Shown here piece by piece: positions 15,107 through 25,260 of a stretch of 53,503 bases of DNA. Below the pieces are notes generated by a model. That model was not told the DNA's origin and ran no database searches. It worked only from the letters and a program-made list of their open reading frames with translations. Within the stretch, counting starts at the first letter, position 1. Each line of letters starts with the position of its first letter. This DNA is from a virus. Lineage: Duplodnaviria; Caudoviricetes. The translations under genes and the position numbers were made by a program. The stretch lies in IMG/VR virus record IMGVR_UViG_3300015370_000019, positions 1 through 53,503 of that record; one strand, 5' to 3'.

Positions 15107-17440
15107 CTATGACGCCACCCAGCTCAGCTCCTCGGCGGCCCACATATCGAGGGCATCGAGGGTCGCGCCCTCGATCTTGATGGCGAAGTCATCGATTGCA
15201 CCGACAAGCGCCCACGTGCAGGTGCGCTCGCTCTGCTCGGCATCGAGCACGCGGTCCTGGACCGTGTCGGCTGCAATCCAAACGCCTGGTGCGGCCTGAT
15301 CCTCGATGTAGACGGTGCAGTCGTGATCGACATCATCGAACTGCGACAACACAAGCTTCATCTTGAACGTGTCGCTGGAGGCATCGAGAGCGATGGCGCT
15401 GCTCATCCAGGTGAACGCGATCTTTGGCCTGCTGATGTACTGTTGCGTCGTCGCCAGGTTCATGAACGGCATCAACTCGGTGGTGCCAGAGAACACCGCG
15501 CGGAACTCCAAGAGCGCCGGCAACGTTGGCAGCGGCTTGGCAACCGCATCGGTGTTGTAAGCTTCCAGCGTCACCCAATCGCCGCCGGCCGCCTTTACCT
15601 CGAACACCATCGAGGTGCCTTCCGGCTCATAGCCCTCGCCCAGCAGGTCGATGTTGGCGATGCCGCCGGGCAGGCTCAGAGCTGCCAGCGGCACCTGCAG
15701 ATAGGTCTTGTCGAACTTGGCGAAATAGGCATTGAACTTGAGATCCTGCGTCTGGCTGCCGCTGAGGAATGCACCATCGGCGCTCGCAAACCAGGTGCCG
15801 GCGTTGAAGCTCGCCTGGTCGGCCAGCGCCACCCAATGCGCGCCCTCGGAAATCAGCACGATCGCCACGCGGCGGCCGTTCTTCAGCAGCACCGGGTCGA
15901 ATGAAACGATGGTCTCAGCGGTGCCGTTGGCGGCAACCTTGATGTCATCGTAATCGAGCGTTGTCTCCGACAGGATGCCCTCGAGATCGGGCGTGCCCTG
16001 CTCGGTGGTGTCGGTGATCAGCACGCGCACGTCGCCGCCTGGCGCCTTGGTGACGAAATAGAGGCCGACCTGCGTGAGATAGCCATCCTGCGAGTTGAGG
16101 AAGGTCTGCGCGCGCAGCGAACCGCTCACCGCCACATCGCTGCGCACGAACGACCAATAGGGCTCGGTCCAGGCGTCGTGGCGATACCAGCGGCCGGCGG
16201 CGTCACGCTTCCACACACCCTGCCACTTGATATTGCGCTGCTGCTGGAACACCGTTTCCAGCTCACCGGCCTTTTCCTTGCGGAACACCAGCGGCGCCAC
16301 CGGGTAGTTGGAATTTGGCGGCTCGCCGTTCGGGCCAACCGACGTGCGCTTCAGGACGCGCAGCTTGGTGGCGCCTTTCCAGGTGACGTACTTGGAGCCG
16401 AAGCGCTTGCGAAAGCGCGTGTGATGGCGCTGCACCAGCGCCCAATTCTGCACGCCGAACTCGGTCAGCGAGGCCGAACTCGAGAACCCGGTCGACTGCA
16501 CGCGCACCTCGTGGGTGTGCGCGGGAATGACAAGGCCGGAGCCGAACGTTTTGACGGCCGCCTCGAACTGGTTGAAAAGCGCGATCTGCGCCACGTCTTC
16601 GGCGGCGGCCGGGAAGCTCAGCCCCTCGCTGATCTCTGCGTCAAAGCCGCTGCGGGCGGTGTCGCTATCACCGTAGTGGGCGAACGCCTCGGCGCCATAG
16701 TTGTTGTAAAGCGCCGGCAGATCGATGGCCTCGCGCAGCCGGGCGATGTCGAAAATCGCGTTTTCAAGCATGGAGTCGTCAGCAGACCGCGAGGCCGTCG
16801 AAGCCAGGCCGGCCATGTCGGTTGCCAGCGTATCGATGCGCGTGCCGGCTTTCTGCCGCCAGCCTTCGAGCTCAACCACTCTGGTGATGCTGTCGGCAAC
16901 GCTTTTCAGCCGGTTCGGCTCATAATTGCCCCACTCGGTAATGCCGGCCGCATCGAGCGTGATGTAACCCAGCACGCAATAGCTGGCGTCAAGCGCCGGC
17001 GGTTGCGGCGTGGCGCTTTCAACACCGCCGATGGCCTGCACATTGGCATAGCGGATGAGCTCGATCGGCACGCTCTTGGGCTCGGTCTCGCGCGTCTGCG
17101 CGTTCTTCATGTAGCTGCGCTGGATGACGCGGTTGGTTTTTTCTTCGCCGTGCGAAACAATCGCCACGATGCGCTTGGTGGCCAGCGGCAGCTGGGCGAA
17201 GAGATCGATTGGCACCGTCTCCTCGCGCGCATAGGCCGGGCCAGAGACGTAGAGACGGCCGGGCGCCACTTCGATCGCGGTGACAGATGTCTTGGTGATG
17301 CCGAAACCCCAATACTTGGTGCCGGGCTCGATGCCGTCGTTGACGATGTGATCGTCACGCTTCTGGGCGAAGTCCTGCAGGTCGACGATATCCTGCGCGT
17401 CGCCCTTCATGTTGTCTTCAAGCCGGATGCGCTTTTCCAT
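15107..17440 (-). CDS. Large baseplate/tail structural protein
   Basis: 777 aa; AQTFLNSQDGYLTQVGLYF and DLKF motifs seen in myovirus baseplate proteins; position. Confidence 0.7.
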   Translation of the reverse strand: MEKRIRLEDNMKGDAQDIVDLQDFAQKRDDHIVNDGIEPGTKYWGFGITKTSVTAIEVAPGRLYVSGPAYAREETVPIDLFAQLPLATKRIVAIVSHGEEKTNRVIQRSYMKNAQTRETEPKSVPIELIRYANVQAIGGVESATPQPPALDASYCVLGYITLDAAGITEWGNYEPNRLKSVADSITRVVELEGWRQKAGTRIDTLATDMAGLASTASRSADDSMLENAIFDIARLREAIDLPALYNNYGAEAFAHYGDSDTARSGFDAEISEGLSFPAAAEDVAQIALFNQFEAAVKTFGSGLVIPAHTHEVRVQSTGFSSSASLTEFGVQNWALVQRHHTRFRKRFGSKYVTWKGATKLRVLKRTSVGPNGEPPNSNYPVAPLVFRKEKAGELETVFQQQRNIKWQGVWKRDAAGRWYRHDAWTEPYWSFVRSDVAVSGSLRAQTFLNSQDGYLTQVGLYFVTKAPGGDVRVLITDTTEQGTPDLEGILSETTLDYDDIKVAANGTAETIVSFDPVLLKNGRRVAIVLISEGAHWVALADQASFNAGTWFASADGAFLSGSQTQDLKFNAYFAKFDKTYLQVPLAALSLPGGIANIDLLGEGYEPEGTSMVFEVKAAGGDWVTLEAYNTDAVAKPLPTLPALLEFRAVFSGTTELMPFMNLATTQQYISRPKIAFTWMSSAIALDASSDTFKMKLVLSQFDDVDHDCTVYIEDQAAPGVWIAADTVQDRVLDAEQSERTCTWALVGAIDDFAIKIEGATLDALDMWAAEELSWVAS

Positions 17441-17460
17441 GTTCTCTTCCTAGCCTCGTT

Positions 17461-18786
17461 TCAAAGGTTGCTCACAAGCGTGCCATTCCAGGTGGCAGAG
17501 CCATCAAGCGGGATGCCGTCTTCCCACGTCGCCGGCCGCACTGTTTCGGTGTCGATCAGAATTTTGTCGCGTTTGCTTTTTGACGCCAACACCGCGCGGC
17601 AGGCGTCCTCGACACGCTCGAGCATGCGGGCGTCGTCGGTCAGATAGGCGTGATCGATGAAGTCCTCGCCGTAGTAGAAATCTGACGCCGGCGCGGTCAG
17701 TGTGATGTCGGTGATGAGCTCGGCATGGTATGGCGGCATGCCCCAGCGGAAGCGCCCCCAATAGAAGCCATCGGCGCCCTCGCTCTGCGAAGAAACGCGG
17801 GCCTCATCGAACAGATAAAAGCGCTTGTAGAGCCGCAGGTTGGCGTCATCCGGCAGCCAATAGCCGTCGCCCCAATAGTCGCCGTCGACATAGAAGTCAT
17901 CGATGCTGGCGATGCCGGGCTCGGCAACGTAGTCGGGCGTCCAGTCAACAGGCGTCAGCGACGGCGTGATTGTGCGCACGAAGCCGTCAACGGAAGTGGC
18001 AACGGCGCTTTCGCGGCGATCGAAAGAGACCAGAGCGGCGGCGCGCGGCTCGAGGTCTTCTGCGGTCAGGTGATCGGTGCCGAAATAGCCACTGCCCCAA
18101 TAGAAGCAGTCGGGGCCGGCCTCGCCGGGCAACTCCACCTGCTCGCGGGTGACCACCTCGAGCGCGCTGACGGTTTCCACCGTCTCGAACCAGCGCAGCT
18201 TGGTCTCTTCGCCAGAGGCCTGAGGGCTGCCGCCCTGGTCCCACAAGTAGGCGTTGACGCCGATGAAGGCGGCGGCGTCATCTGGCTCCAGATAGTCGGT
18301 GTCAAAATAGTTGTGACCCCAATAGAAGTCCTCATCGCCATAGGCCGGCTTGACATCGCGGAAAGGGTAGAGCCGCAGCTGCGAGAACTGGTCAAGATAG
18401 GCCTGGCGCTCGGCCGGCGTCTCGGATTTACCCCAATAGGGCGATTGCGGCGGCACGATTGCCTTGATCAGCCGCGCATCTGCGAGGTTGAGATAGGCGG
18501 AAATTCCGGCCTCGGTGCCCTTGATCTGGTGCCAATAAAGGCTTTGCCGGCACACATAGCGCTTGCGCTCGATTGGCCAGTCCTGGCGCCAGAACTCGAT
18601 GGACATGGACCAGGCGAGGATCGGCAGCAAGTCCTCCGGGCACAGCTCGGCATTCCACAACACCTCAAGCGGAACCGGCACATCAATCAGCCGTTTCATG
18701 GCCGCCGATAGCGCAACCTCGAAAGGCGTGGCGTTATCGGGCAGCAAGTGGTCGCGGTAGAGCAACAGCGGCGTCAGATCGGTCAC
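17461..18786 (-). CDS. Tail protein I (P2 gpI-like) with aromatic repeats
   Basis: LLPDNATPFE, CPEDLLPILAW and HQIKGT; likely GTG start overlapping the gpJ stop. Confidence 0.88.
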   Translation of the reverse strand: MTDLTPLLLYRDHLLPDNATPFEVALSAAMKRLIDVPVPLEVLWNAELCPEDLLPILAWSMSIEFWRQDWPIERKRYVCRQSLYWHQIKGTEAGISAYLNLADARLIKAIVPPQSPYWGKSETPAERQAYLDQFSQLRLYPFRDVKPAYGDEDFYWGHNYFDTDYLEPDDAAAFIGVNAYLWDQGGSPQASGEETKLRWFETVETVSALEVVTREQVELPGEAGPDCFYWGSGYFGTDHLTAEDLEPRAAALVSFDRRESAVATSVDGFVRTITPSLTPVDWTPDYVAEPGIASIDDFYVDGDYWGDGYWLPDDANLRLYKRFYLFDEARVSSQSEGADGFYWGRFRWGMPPYHAELITDITLTAPASDFYYGEDFIDHAYLTDDARMLERVEDACRAVLASKSKRDKILIDTETVRPATWEDGIPLDGSATWNGTLVSNL

Positions 18787-19715
18787 GTGAGCACCTCGAT
18801 GGCCACGTTGACCGAGGTGCAATAGGCCGCCTCATCCTCTTGCGGCACCACATCGGCCGTGGGCGCATTCTTGATGACGTTCTCGACCGCATCGATCGAA
18901 CCGGCCGCCGTGATGCCTGAGAGATAGACCGGCACACCGACCTTGTGGCGGTTGTCGGCGTACTTCTGCAGCTTCCTGGCGGCCTCGGCGGCGATCAGTC
19001 CGGTATCGGGGCCGACCGGCACCTGCAGCCTCACGTCGATCGAATAGGGCACGATGGCGGCGGCGCGCACCGTCACGATGTCGGTCAGCGGCCGTCGCTC
19101 CTTTGGCAACAAGGCCTCGCGCACCTTGGTGATGATCCCAGCCGATGGCGTGCCATCGCCGCTGTCAACGAGCGGCAGCACGTGCACGTTGCCGTCGCCC
19201 TGGTTTGGCGTGTAGACCTTCACCGACTTGATGGATAGATCCGCACCCATGGCGAAGAACTCATAGGCGCCCTCGCTGCCGGCGCATGAATAGGCCTCAG
19301 GAGCCAGCCAGACGCGGTGCCGGTAGCGCTCATCGGACTCCCAAGTCACGACCTCTTTGTTGTTCACGATCGAGGTTGAGCTCATGCGTTTGACGCGGAA
19401 ATAGGCCCCAAGGTTTTCGAGGTTGAAGCCGCCAGCAAACGGCAGCATCACCTGGCGGGCGGCATCGTTGACGCGCTGGCGCAAAATCATCTCGCGATAG
19501 GCGGCCACCTCGAGCACCTTGACGATCGGGTCGCTTTCGAGAAAGTCGGTCTGGCCGGCCACCCAATCGAGGTCGTAGTCAAAGCCGGCCGCATCGGCGC
19601 GGGCCTTGAAATCTGCCATGAAGTCCTTGAGATAGGCTTCGAAATCGATGGCCTCGACCACTTCTGGCGTTGGCGATTGAGCCAAGTTGATCGTGCTGAA
19701 GCGTGATGAGGTCAA
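18783..19715 (-). CDS. Baseplate protein J
   Basis: LESDP, AYREMILRQRVNDAA, SCAGSEGAYEF and RPLTDIVTV. Confidence 0.95.
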   Translation of the reverse strand: MTSSRFSTINLAQSPTPEVVEAIDFEAYLKDFMADFKARADAAGFDYDLDWVAGQTDFLESDPIVKVLEVAAYREMILRQRVNDAARQVMLPFAGGFNLENLGAYFRVKRMSSTSIVNNKEVVTWESDERYRHRVWLAPEAYSCAGSEGAYEFFAMGADLSIKSVKVYTPNQGDGNVHVLPLVDSGDGTPSAGIITKVREALLPKERRPLTDIVTVRAAAIVPYSIDVRLQVPVGPDTGLIAAEAARKLQKYADNRHKVGVPVYLSGITAAGSIDAVENVIKNAPTADVVPQEDEAAYCTSVNVAIEVLT

Positions 19716-20077
19716 AGCGTTAGCCCCCAGCTGCGCGCAATGCGCGTGTTGCGATCGCCCTTGTGGCCGTCAGGCAGCTCATCGCCGGCCAGGCGCAGCT
19801 GCACCTGGCCGTCTGGCGACAAGGCCTCGAAACCGACGTCGGTGAGTTCGAAGCGTGGCTCCCACAGCGTGAGAGCGGTTGCAATCGTCACGTAGAACGC
19901 CAGCAAGGCCTGGTCGTTCATGTTGGCGTCGATGATCTTGGGCGCGTTCGAGCCGTAGCGCCGGCGCATGACGCGGGTGTTGATCGTCGTGGTGACAATG
20001 TCCTCGATCGATTGCTGGATGTGTTCCCAATCTCTCAGAACCCTGCCGGTGCGGCGATCAATTCCAACGCTGCCCAT
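19712..20077 (-). CDS. Baseplate protein W / gp25 family
   Basis: GIDRRTG, HIQQSIEDI, RVMRRRYGS and WEPR. Confidence 0.93.
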   Translation of the reverse strand: MGSVGIDRRTGRVLRDWEHIQQSIEDIVTTTINTRVMRRRYGSNAPKIIDANMNDQALLAFYVTIATALTLWEPRFELTDVGFEALSPDGQVQLRLAGDELPDGHKGDRNTRIARSWGLTL

Positions 20078-20088
20078 TGCTGCCCCGC

Positions 20089-20310
20089 TTAGCTGGCGTC
20101 GACTTCAGGTTTCTTTTTTGCCGGAACAGGCGCCGGTGCCGGTGCTTTCTTGGCGGGCGCCTTTTCCTCGCGGCGCAGTTCCGTGCCGAGCGGCGGCAGC
20201 ATGTACTTTGCCTGCTTGTCGAACAGCACCACCGGCTGCCCATCCTTGAAATAATCATTCATGATGAAGCCGTCGCCGTTCTTGAAGTAGGTGGTTTTCA
20301 TCTCAGCCAT
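20089..20310 (-). CDS. Hypothetical baseplate-region protein
   Basis: Small ORF with QAKY motif and Lys/Ala/Pro tail, in the operon. Confidence 0.6.
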   Translation of the reverse strand: MAEMKTTYFKNGDGFIMNDYFKDGQPVVLFDKQAKYMLPPLGTELRREEKAPAKKAPAPAPVPAKKKPEVDAS

Positions 20311-20331
20311 GGGAGTTGCCTTTCGTTGTTG

Positions 20332-20607
20332 TCAGTCAGACGTGAACACGACCGATGAGCCGCTGGTCGGGTGCCCGCAGCCGGCGCAGTGACCCTCACG
20401 GCACACCGGAATGCCGCTAATCGAAACAAAACTTGAGCCTTGAGCCATCGCATCAGGGCCGGGGATGTGCGGCGGAAAGCCGTGCGCGGCGTTGACGTCG
20501 CCAAGCACCATCCAATGCACACCCTCAACGCTCACAAAATTCTGGTTGAGCCCGATCTGCGCACCGGCCGCGGTGTCATTCGATCGTCGCGCCGCGCCGT
20601 GCATCAC
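20332..20607 (-). CDS. PAAR-like spike tip protein
   Basis: HGAAR, HGFPPH, GSSFVSISGIPVCREGH and CGH...GSSVV. Confidence 0.85.
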   Translation of the reverse strand: MMHGAARRSNDTAAGAQIGLNQNFVSVEGVHWMVLGDVNAAHGFPPHIPGPDAMAQGSSFVSISGIPVCREGHCAGCGHPTSGSSVVFTSD

Positions 20608-20978
20608 AGTGGCTCGCTGAGTTTGGCGGTGAGCTCGCCGGCATAGAGCGCATTGACGGCCGGCACCTTGCTGTCGATCGCGGCGAGCAGGCCAGCGTCA
20701 TCGAAGCTGAAGCTGTTGCCGCGATAATAGAGCTTGCCGCTGTCAGGCACCTGGCCGTCGAGGCCATCGAGCATGAAGATCACGGCCAGGCCGCGCACCG
20801 GGCTCTCCAGCGTCACCGTGACGTGGCGCTCAACCGTGGTTATTGGCGGCGCACCTTCGACCGGGCTTGGCTCTGATGTTTCGTGCAACGTCTCATCGGC
20901 TGAAACGCATTGCCAGCCGGCCGCCGGCAACGCCAGGTCCGCCTTGAGCTGCGCCAGTAGGTCTGCCGGGATCTGCAT
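20604..20978 (-). CDS. Hypothetical protein between the spike and PAAR genes
   Basis: ORF tightly packed with its neighbours. Confidence 0.55.
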   Translation of the reverse strand: MQIPADLLAQLKADLALPAAGWQCVSADETLHETSEPSPVEGAPPITTVERHVTVTLESPVRGLAVIFMLDGLDGQVPDSGKLYYRGNSFSFDDAGLLAAIDSKVPAVNALYAGELTAKLSEPL

Positions 20979-20980
20979 CG

Positions 20981-21457
20981 CTAAGCCATCGCAACGCCAG
21001 GCCGGCCACCGCCGGCACCGGACTTTTCAAATTCAACCTTGCCGGCCTCGACGCGGAACAGACCATCCGTCACCAGCAGCCTGGTTTGATCAATCTGCAG
21101 CACGAACTCGCCGCCCTTGTTGTGCGGCCGCGGCTCATCTTTCCAGTTGAGGCTGCCCTCGATCTCGGCGTCGGCGAGATCACCGCTCTCGGATTTGATG
21201 CTGACCTGCTCGCCGATACTCAGCGGGCAATAGACCTTGATCTTGCCGGCGCCCAATTCCTTCATCTTCAGCCATGGCGAAAGGTACGGCTCGCCGGTGG
21301 AGCCTTCTTTCTTCAGCTCGATACGATAGAGGCCCTTTTCATAGTCGGCCTCCACCACCTTGCCGGTGCGCTTGGCGTTCTGGCCACGGCGTTCGAGCTC
21401 TGCCAGCCGATAGAACAGCTCGGCAACCTGGTCCTCGAGCAGCGCTGGAATGCTCAC
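20981..21457 (-). CDS. Baseplate assembly protein V (central spike)
   Basis: RTGKVVEAD, SPWL and PLSIGEQV...SGDL OB-fold pattern. Confidence 0.88.
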   Translation of the reverse strand: MSIPALLEDQVAELFYRLAELERRGQNAKRTGKVVEADYEKGLYRIELKKEGSTGEPYLSPWLKMKELGAGKIKVYCPLSIGEQVSIKSESGDLADAEIEGSLNWKDEPRPHNKGGEFVLQIDQTRLLVTDGLFRVEAGKVEFEKSGAGGGRPGVAMA

Positions 21458-22224
21458 AGCTGCACCTCGTCAACATCGTTGCCATTGCCGGCGGCCGCCT
21501 CATCTAGACCGATCTCCGAGATTGGCGGCGCGGCCTCGTTTGCGGTTGCCGGTTCGATCTGCAGCGCCTTGGCCTCGAGGCTGGTGATGCCATAGGCGGC
21601 GCGCAGCCCCTGCCAGGCGTTGAAGTTCTGGCTGCCGGCGGCCAGGTCGCGCATCATCTGCACGGTTGGCGCCAGGTCGGCCTCGGTCTCGGCTTTTGCA
21701 AAGAAAGTTTCCCACAGCTCGCTGAGCGGTTCGCCGGGCACCGGGTCTTTGACCAGCTCAACCGGCACCATGAAGCGGTGGCCGGCATAGCGCACACCGG
21801 ATTTGGCCGAAGCGCCGGTTTCAAGTTTCGTCTCGCCGTTGATGAAGGCAAACCGGCGCCAGATTTCTGCCCACTCGCTGGCCGGGTCCATCAGCGCAAT
21901 GGTGATCTGGCGGTTGATGACTTCGAGGCTCATCTCCATGCCGGCGTCGGTCAACGGGATCTGCCAGCCGGCCTTGTTCTTCATTCTGGTTGTGATGGCC
22001 GTCTCGATCACCAGCTGATGCACGCCACGCTGGCTGAGCAGATCCCGGCGGGCCACTTCAAGCGTGGCCGCGTCGGTATAAACCGAGATGATCGGTGCCG
22101 GCTCTTCGCGTTCGCCCTCATCGAGCGGCCCGATCTCGGAGTCGCGCACTCGGTCCTCGGCCAATGTCCGATTGATCAGCGCTTTCACAGTTGAGAGGCG
22201 CAGCGCCAGGCGGGCCAGGCTCAT
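21454..22224 (-). CDS. Putative tail completion/terminator protein
   Basis: Position between the head-tail joining and spike genes; PIISVYTD motif. Confidence 0.55.
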   Translation of the reverse strand: MSLARLALRLSTVKALINRTLAEDRVRDSEIGPLDEGEREEPAPIISVYTDAATLEVARRDLLSQRGVHQLVIETAITTRMKNKAGWQIPLTDAGMEMSLEVINRQITIALMDPASEWAEIWRRFAFINGETKLETGASAKSGVRYAGHRFMVPVELVKDPVPGEPLSELWETFFAKAETEADLAPTVQMMRDLAAGSQNFNAWQGLRAAYGITSLEAKALQIEPATANEAAPPISEIGLDEAAAGNGNDVDEVQL

Positions 22225-22619
22225 GTCGCCCTCGAGAGTTTGAGCACAATCAGGCCCTCTTCATAGGGATCGGCCGTCTCAACAACATAGAGCTCGCCGC
22301 GATCGAGGGCCTCGATCCGGTCATCCTTGCGAAACGCGAACCCGGCCGGCAGCCGGCTTTTGGTGATCTCCGCCATCGCCTGGCCGAACAGCAGCTTTGT
22401 TGCCCACATGCGGGTGCCATCGCCGCCAAGGTCGCCCTCGCTGCGACCGCCCAAGTGCAGGCGCCCCGAAACCTCGAATTCAGGCCGGTCAGGGTCGGCG
22501 CCGGCCGCGGAGTATTCGCCGGCGGCCGGCGCATGTGGAAGCACGCGCAGCCGCTCAGCGAATTGATTGTCAACGGCCCCGTCCAGTCGGGCGAGGCGTG
22601 ATGCCCAAGCATCACTCAT
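22221..22619 (-). CDS. Putative head-tail joining protein
   Basis: Start MSDAW overlaps the capsid stop; ADPDRP and RKDDRI pattern. Confidence 0.55.
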   Translation of the reverse strand: MSDAWASRLARLDGAVDNQFAERLRVLPHAPAAGEYSAAGADPDRPEFEVSGRLHLGGRSEGDLGGDGTRMWATKLLFGQAMAEITKSRLPAGFAFRKDDRIEALDRGELYVVETADPYEEGLIVLKLSRAT

Positions 22620-23635
22620 GCAGCAACGCCTTTGCGCAGCACTGAAGGGCGTGTGCAGAGGCACAGAGGGTTGCTCTGCATCTCGAGGTGCCGGCCCTTG
22701 TTGTTGGGCATGGCATACTGCATCGCGTAGCGCGGCAGGCCGTCCGTGTTCACGGTTTCCTCGTAGTCTGCCGGGGCAAACCGCGTGATGAACAGCTCGG
22801 ATACGCCAACCGGCGCGAAGCGGGCTTCACCGGCGGCAATGAAGCCTGCGCCACCATTGGCGGCGGTGCCTTTCTTGCCGGTGCGGTAGCGTTCCCAAAC
22901 GATGCCGCCGAACTCGAACTTGTCGACAACCATCGAGCCGCGAAGCTCTGCGGCCTGTTGCGTGTTGAGGAATGTTTCACGCACCTTGGGGTGCTCGATC
23001 AGCGCTTTCCAGAAATCGTCGCCGACGAAAGCGTGGATGTGGTCATAGGGCTCATCCAGTTCATCCTCGATCGAGCGCACCAGGTCGAAGCACTTGCTGC
23101 GCACCTTGGTGGCGTCGACATCGAGTGCGAAGTTGACGTCGGCGGGCGCCGCAATCTCGAACTCGGTATAGAGGTTGTAAAGCGTGCGGCCGGATTTTGT
23201 GAGGATCACGCCCTTGAGGGCACCGATGCGGAAGTGCTCGACGGTCATGTCGATGGCGCGATAGTGGCGGGCGACCTTGCGGTCGACCAGGTTCTGCACC
23301 GTCTCGACGTCGCTTTCGGTGCCGAAGCGGCGCCGGCCCTGCACTTCATCGGCCATCACCGCGTCGTCGCGCTGGATGTGCGGGATGACGAACGAGCGCA
23401 GCTTGTCCTTGTCGTTCTTGATCGTCTCACCAGGCCCGCCGCGCTCGGTGGGCTCGATCAGGCTGAGGTTGCCGCCGCGCTCTTCGACCATCACGCTGAG
23501 GGTCGAGACGCCGTCCTCTTCGAACAGGCCGGAGCTGCCAATCTGGCCCGGCACATAGCCGATTTCAGTATTGACGCGAGCAGTCAGGGACGACAGCGAA
23601 AACGCATCGTCGTTGAAGATGTCAAGCGTGGGCAT
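22616..23635 (-). CDS. Major capsid protein (lambda gpE family)
   Basis: DIFNDDAFS, ADEVQG.R.FG, FAPADYEETVNT.GLP.Y and QSNPLCLCTRP. Confidence 0.95.
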   Translation of the reverse strand: MPTLDIFNDDAFSLSSLTARVNTEIGYVPGQIGSSGLFEEDGVSTLSVMVEERGGNLSLIEPTERGGPGETIKNDKDKLRSFVIPHIQRDDAVMADEVQGRRRFGTESDVETVQNLVDRKVARHYRAIDMTVEHFRIGALKGVILTKSGRTLYNLYTEFEIAAPADVNFALDVDATKVRSKCFDLVRSIEDELDEPYDHIHAFVGDDFWKALIEHPKVRETFLNTQQAAELRGSMVVDKFEFGGIVWERYRTGKKGTAANGGAGFIAAGEARFAPVGVSELFITRFAPADYEETVNTDGLPRYAMQYAMPNNKGRHLEMQSNPLCLCTRPSVLRKGVAA

Positions 23636-23732
23636 GGGGAGTGGCTCCTATGTTGGCGCGCAGGGGGAAGCGCCGGGCGGCCACTCTTGGCCCGCCCAGT
23701 GCGATCTGCTCTCTCTTTCAGTTGAGGTTGGG

Positions 23733-24104
23733 TTAGCGGACGATGATGCCGTTGGCGGCCAGGGAGGCGTGCACGGCGTCTTTTTCCGGGTCGGTGTCGG
23801 TGGCGGCGTTATAGATCAACTCGCCAACCTTGACTTCGCAGTCACGGGAGTGAATGACGCAAAGAGCGTCTGCGGCCGTTGCGTCGACGGTGGCGTAGAG
23901 AACCGCAACGGCCGTCTGAGAACCATCGACGGCGGCCGGGTCGTGCGGTGCATACTTGCCGCTGGCGGTGATCTTGCCGAGGATGGTGCAGGCCTCGACC
24001 ACGCCGGCGCCGCTGACAACCTTGGCTTGGTCACGCGAGCGATTGCCGGCGGCCTCGCTCAAGATGTATTCACCAGTCCGTTTCTTTTCAGTTTTCGCGG
24101 CCAT
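23733..24104 (-). CDS. Head decoration protein (lambda gpD-like)
   Basis: ILSEAAGNRSRD, LGKITASGKY and DGSQTAVAVL. Confidence 0.9.
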   Translation of the reverse strand: MAAKTEKKRTGEYILSEAAGNRSRDQAKVVSGAGVVEACTILGKITASGKYAPHDPAAVDGSQTAVAVLYATVDATAADALCVIHSRDCEVKVGELIYNAATDTDPEKDAVHASLAANGIIVR

Positions 24105-24166
24105 CTGCGGCCTCCTTTCAATTCAATCTAGTTGTTTGGTGGGGCTCTCTGTTGCGGTTCGGACGA

Positions 24167-25243
24167 TCAGGCCGCCGACTGCTTGCGCCGGCTGGCGTAG
24201 ATTGCAGAGGTGTTGATGGTGGCCTTTGCCGATGCCGGCGCGGGCGCACTGCCCAATTCGAGGCCAAGGATGGATGGCGCTTCGGCCTTTGCCGTTGGCT
24301 CTTCCTTCACCGGCGCAGGTGCCTTGTCTTCAGCGGGTGCGCGCGCGAGGGCCTTGATGGCGTCTTCAGCCGTCATCTCGGTTTCGTAGGCGAAATATTC
24401 AGCCAGGCCCGTGCGACCCTTGGCCTGCTCGCTGTTCATGATGGCGCCGATGCGCTTGCGCTCTTCAGAGCGCGCCTCGCCGGCGTCTGCGGTGGCGGGT
24501 GCTTCGGTTTCTTTCTTGGTCATGGTCATTTGACTCCTTGCTGCTTTGGGTTGGTCACTGGCTTTGGCCGTGGCCTTTGCCTTGTGGGCGGTTGGCTTGC
24601 TGGCAGATGGCTTGGCCGGCGGTTTACGACGCTTCGAGCCCCACGAATTGGCGGCCGCCAGCGCCACCAGGTTCTCAGGGGCGTGCTCATAGAGACGGTA
24701 ATCGAACGCGGTGGCCTCGGCGGCCGCTTCACTCTCGACTTGATCGGCAAACCCGCCATCGCGCGCCTCATCGGGCGTCAGCCAGGTTTCATCCTTCATC
24801 GCATCGCGCATTTCGGAGATTTCGGCTCCGGTGCGGGCGGCATAGATGCTGGCGAGCTGGTCGCCCAGCTTGTCGAGCACCTCGCTGCTCTTGTCGTGGT
24901 CCGCCGCGGTGCCCCACGTGATCGAGGACGGGTCATGGATCATCATCAGCGTGCCGGTGCGCATGATGATGGTGTCGCCACCCATGGCGATGATCGAAGC
25001 GGCTGAAGCGGCAATGCCCTCGATCACGACCGTGACGTTGCCGCCGTGGGCGGCAAGCGTGTTGTAAATCGCAACGCCGTCAAGGGCGATGCCACCGCCG
25101 CTGTTGATGCGCACGGTGACGTCGCTGTCACGGCCAAGCTCAACAAGCGCATTGAGGACGTCGCGCGGCGTGAAGCCCTCGCCCCAGAAGTCATCGCCAA
25201 CCGTGCCGTGCAACACGATTTCCCCGTCAACCAAAACATTCAT
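24167..25243 (-). CDS. ClpP-type head maturation protease with C-terminal scaffold region
   Basis: RINSGGG, IAASAAS, MMIHDP and ETWL. Confidence 0.93.
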   Translation of the reverse strand: MNVLVDGEIVLHGTVGDDFWGEGFTPRDVLNALVELGRDSDVTVRINSGGGIALDGVAIYNTLAAHGGNVTVVIEGIAASAASIIAMGGDTIIMRTGTLMMIHDPSSITWGTAADHDKSSEVLDKLGDQLASIYAARTGAEISEMRDAMKDETWLTPDEARDGGFADQVESEAAAEATAFDYRLYEHAPENLVALAAANSWGSKRRKPPAKPSASKPTAHKAKATAKASDQPKAARSQMTMTKKETEAPATADAGEARSEERKRIGAIMNSEQAKGRTGLAEYFAYETEMTAEDAIKALARAPAEDKAPAPVKEEPTAKAEAPSILGLELGSAPAPASAKATINTSAIYASRRKQSAA

Positions 25244-25260
25244 CTTGCAGCCCTCAGCTG

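Noticed and set aside
4915-22224. Tailocin, eCIS, T6SS or gene transfer agent
   Set aside because: Full head, terminase, replication, repressor, integrase and att sites are present, so this is a prophage
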